Part shown: positions 62,764 through 64,000 of the stretch, piece by piece
How the letters are laid out: every line of letters begins with the position of its first letter
How positions within the stretch are numbered: position 1 is the stretch's first letter
From: Chiloscyllium plagiosum
Lineage: Eukaryota
NCBI RefSeq assembly: GCF_004010195.1
Contig: NC_057754.1
Span: 2,075,238-2,139,237 of the forward strand
Reading direction: 5' to 3'
Length of the DNA stretch: 64,000 bases
Position numbers and translations under genes: made by a program
Notes under the pieces: generated by a model
Seen by the model: the letters and a program-made list of their open reading frames with translations, nothing else
Told to the model about the DNA's origin: nothing
Database searches by the model: none

Positions 62764-64000
62764 CCCAATATGAGTCCCCCTTCCTTTCAAAGTCAATTAT
62801 TCCTTGAAAGGTAAGAACCAAAGTGTGATAAAGGAGCAAAGAAATTTGGAAATGCAGAGCAGAAATTGCTCAAGGAAAAATAAATTGGAAAAAAAAATCA
62901 CTAATATCAATGACAGAGGAAGAATAATTTAATTCACCTCTCCTTGTCCATAATTAAAGCTTATGTAAGCCACTTTGGAAAATAAAGTACGAAGATTATA
63001 AATTTAAGAAATCACAGTGAATATTCCAACAATTTCTCATTGTAGCTGTGAAAGCAAATGGTTGAATGTTCCTTCTATGTTGTTCTGCAATATGGCACTT
63101 GGTAATGAGAAAGATTGGTGCTTCTCATTAGATGTTAGGTCACCTATCACAATATTATATTATAACCTATCAATCTAACCTGACAGCTAGTGATATGTAC
63201 ATTCAGTAAATAAATTTGGAATATAACACTCATCTCAGTAATGGTGATCCTGACAAGTATCATCAGTTGTTCTAAAATCCCATCTGGTTTTCCAGTGTTC
63301 TCATGGGAAGGAAATCTGCTGTACTTACCAGGGCTGGCCTAATCATGACTTTAGTGATTGACAATGTGACTGACTTTAAACTACCTTCTGAAATAGTCTA
63401 GCAAGTTACTCAGTTCAAGAGCAATAAGGGATGGGCAACAGATGTTGGCCTTGTCAGAGACACCTACATCTGCTGACAGAATGAAGAAAAAAAGGTGGTT
63501 AGTTGGCTCAGCTGACTAGAATAGAGCTTTGCAGGTGGAGCCAGTTCAATTCTTATATAGACTGTAGTCAATCATGGAGCCCTGCCTCCTTGTCAGTTCT
63601 TCTATGTTACTGCAGAATGGTGCCCCAGAGGCTTTATAATCAGCTTGTGGTTCATCGTGGCCTACAGCGAATTAACAAATCATAATTGAATAGCCCCTCC
63701 AACCCCCCCAACTTTCATTACTACAATGCTCAATGTTTTATGACTTCTCATTATCTAATATACTTTCAGGTTCAATACTATTCTTCCCTGAGTGTGTTAC
63801 TGCCTATCAGAATCAAGAGTTTGGCTAATAGGGGAAGCTGGATAAAGTAACATATTGATCCTTGTTGGGCATTCCTTTTAAGAGGCTCAAGCTTCAAGCT
63901 TTAGTTCTGGCTTGTATAGCTGTTATTGACTCCCTCTGGATGGTCTCCTCCTGTGACATTGATTTTGTATCTTTCTAAATTCTCTGCCTTTAAGTGGAAT

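Overview
Repeat-dense, apparently intronic or intergenic vertebrate DNA. The repeat repertoire (HE1-type V-SINEs, HER1/CR1 LINEs, Deu-domain SINEs, Rex1/Babar, L1, Penelope-like elements) points to a cartilaginous fish, probably a shark (inference). No host gene can be called with confidence; there are two weak candidate exons. All long ORFs are broken retrotransposon proteins. The most interesting signal is a set of Penelope-like (PLE) insertions from at least three sequence families. They carry hammerhead-ribozyme cores, form head-to-head hairpins flanked by 12-17 bp target-site duplications, and in each one arm lacks the last 32-37 nt. Two copies 42 kb apart share the same ends and the same internal junction, suggesting a ~185 bp non-autonomous hairpin element that is copied as a unit. 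Also present: an L1 with its 5' end, a nested Rex1/CR1/PLE/SINE stack, a decayed Harbinger-type Myb/SANT gene with an intron, two locally templated inverted duplications, and a 50 bp minisatellite at a LINE 5' junction. Family names come from recognition, not database searches, and boundaries of old repeats are approximate.
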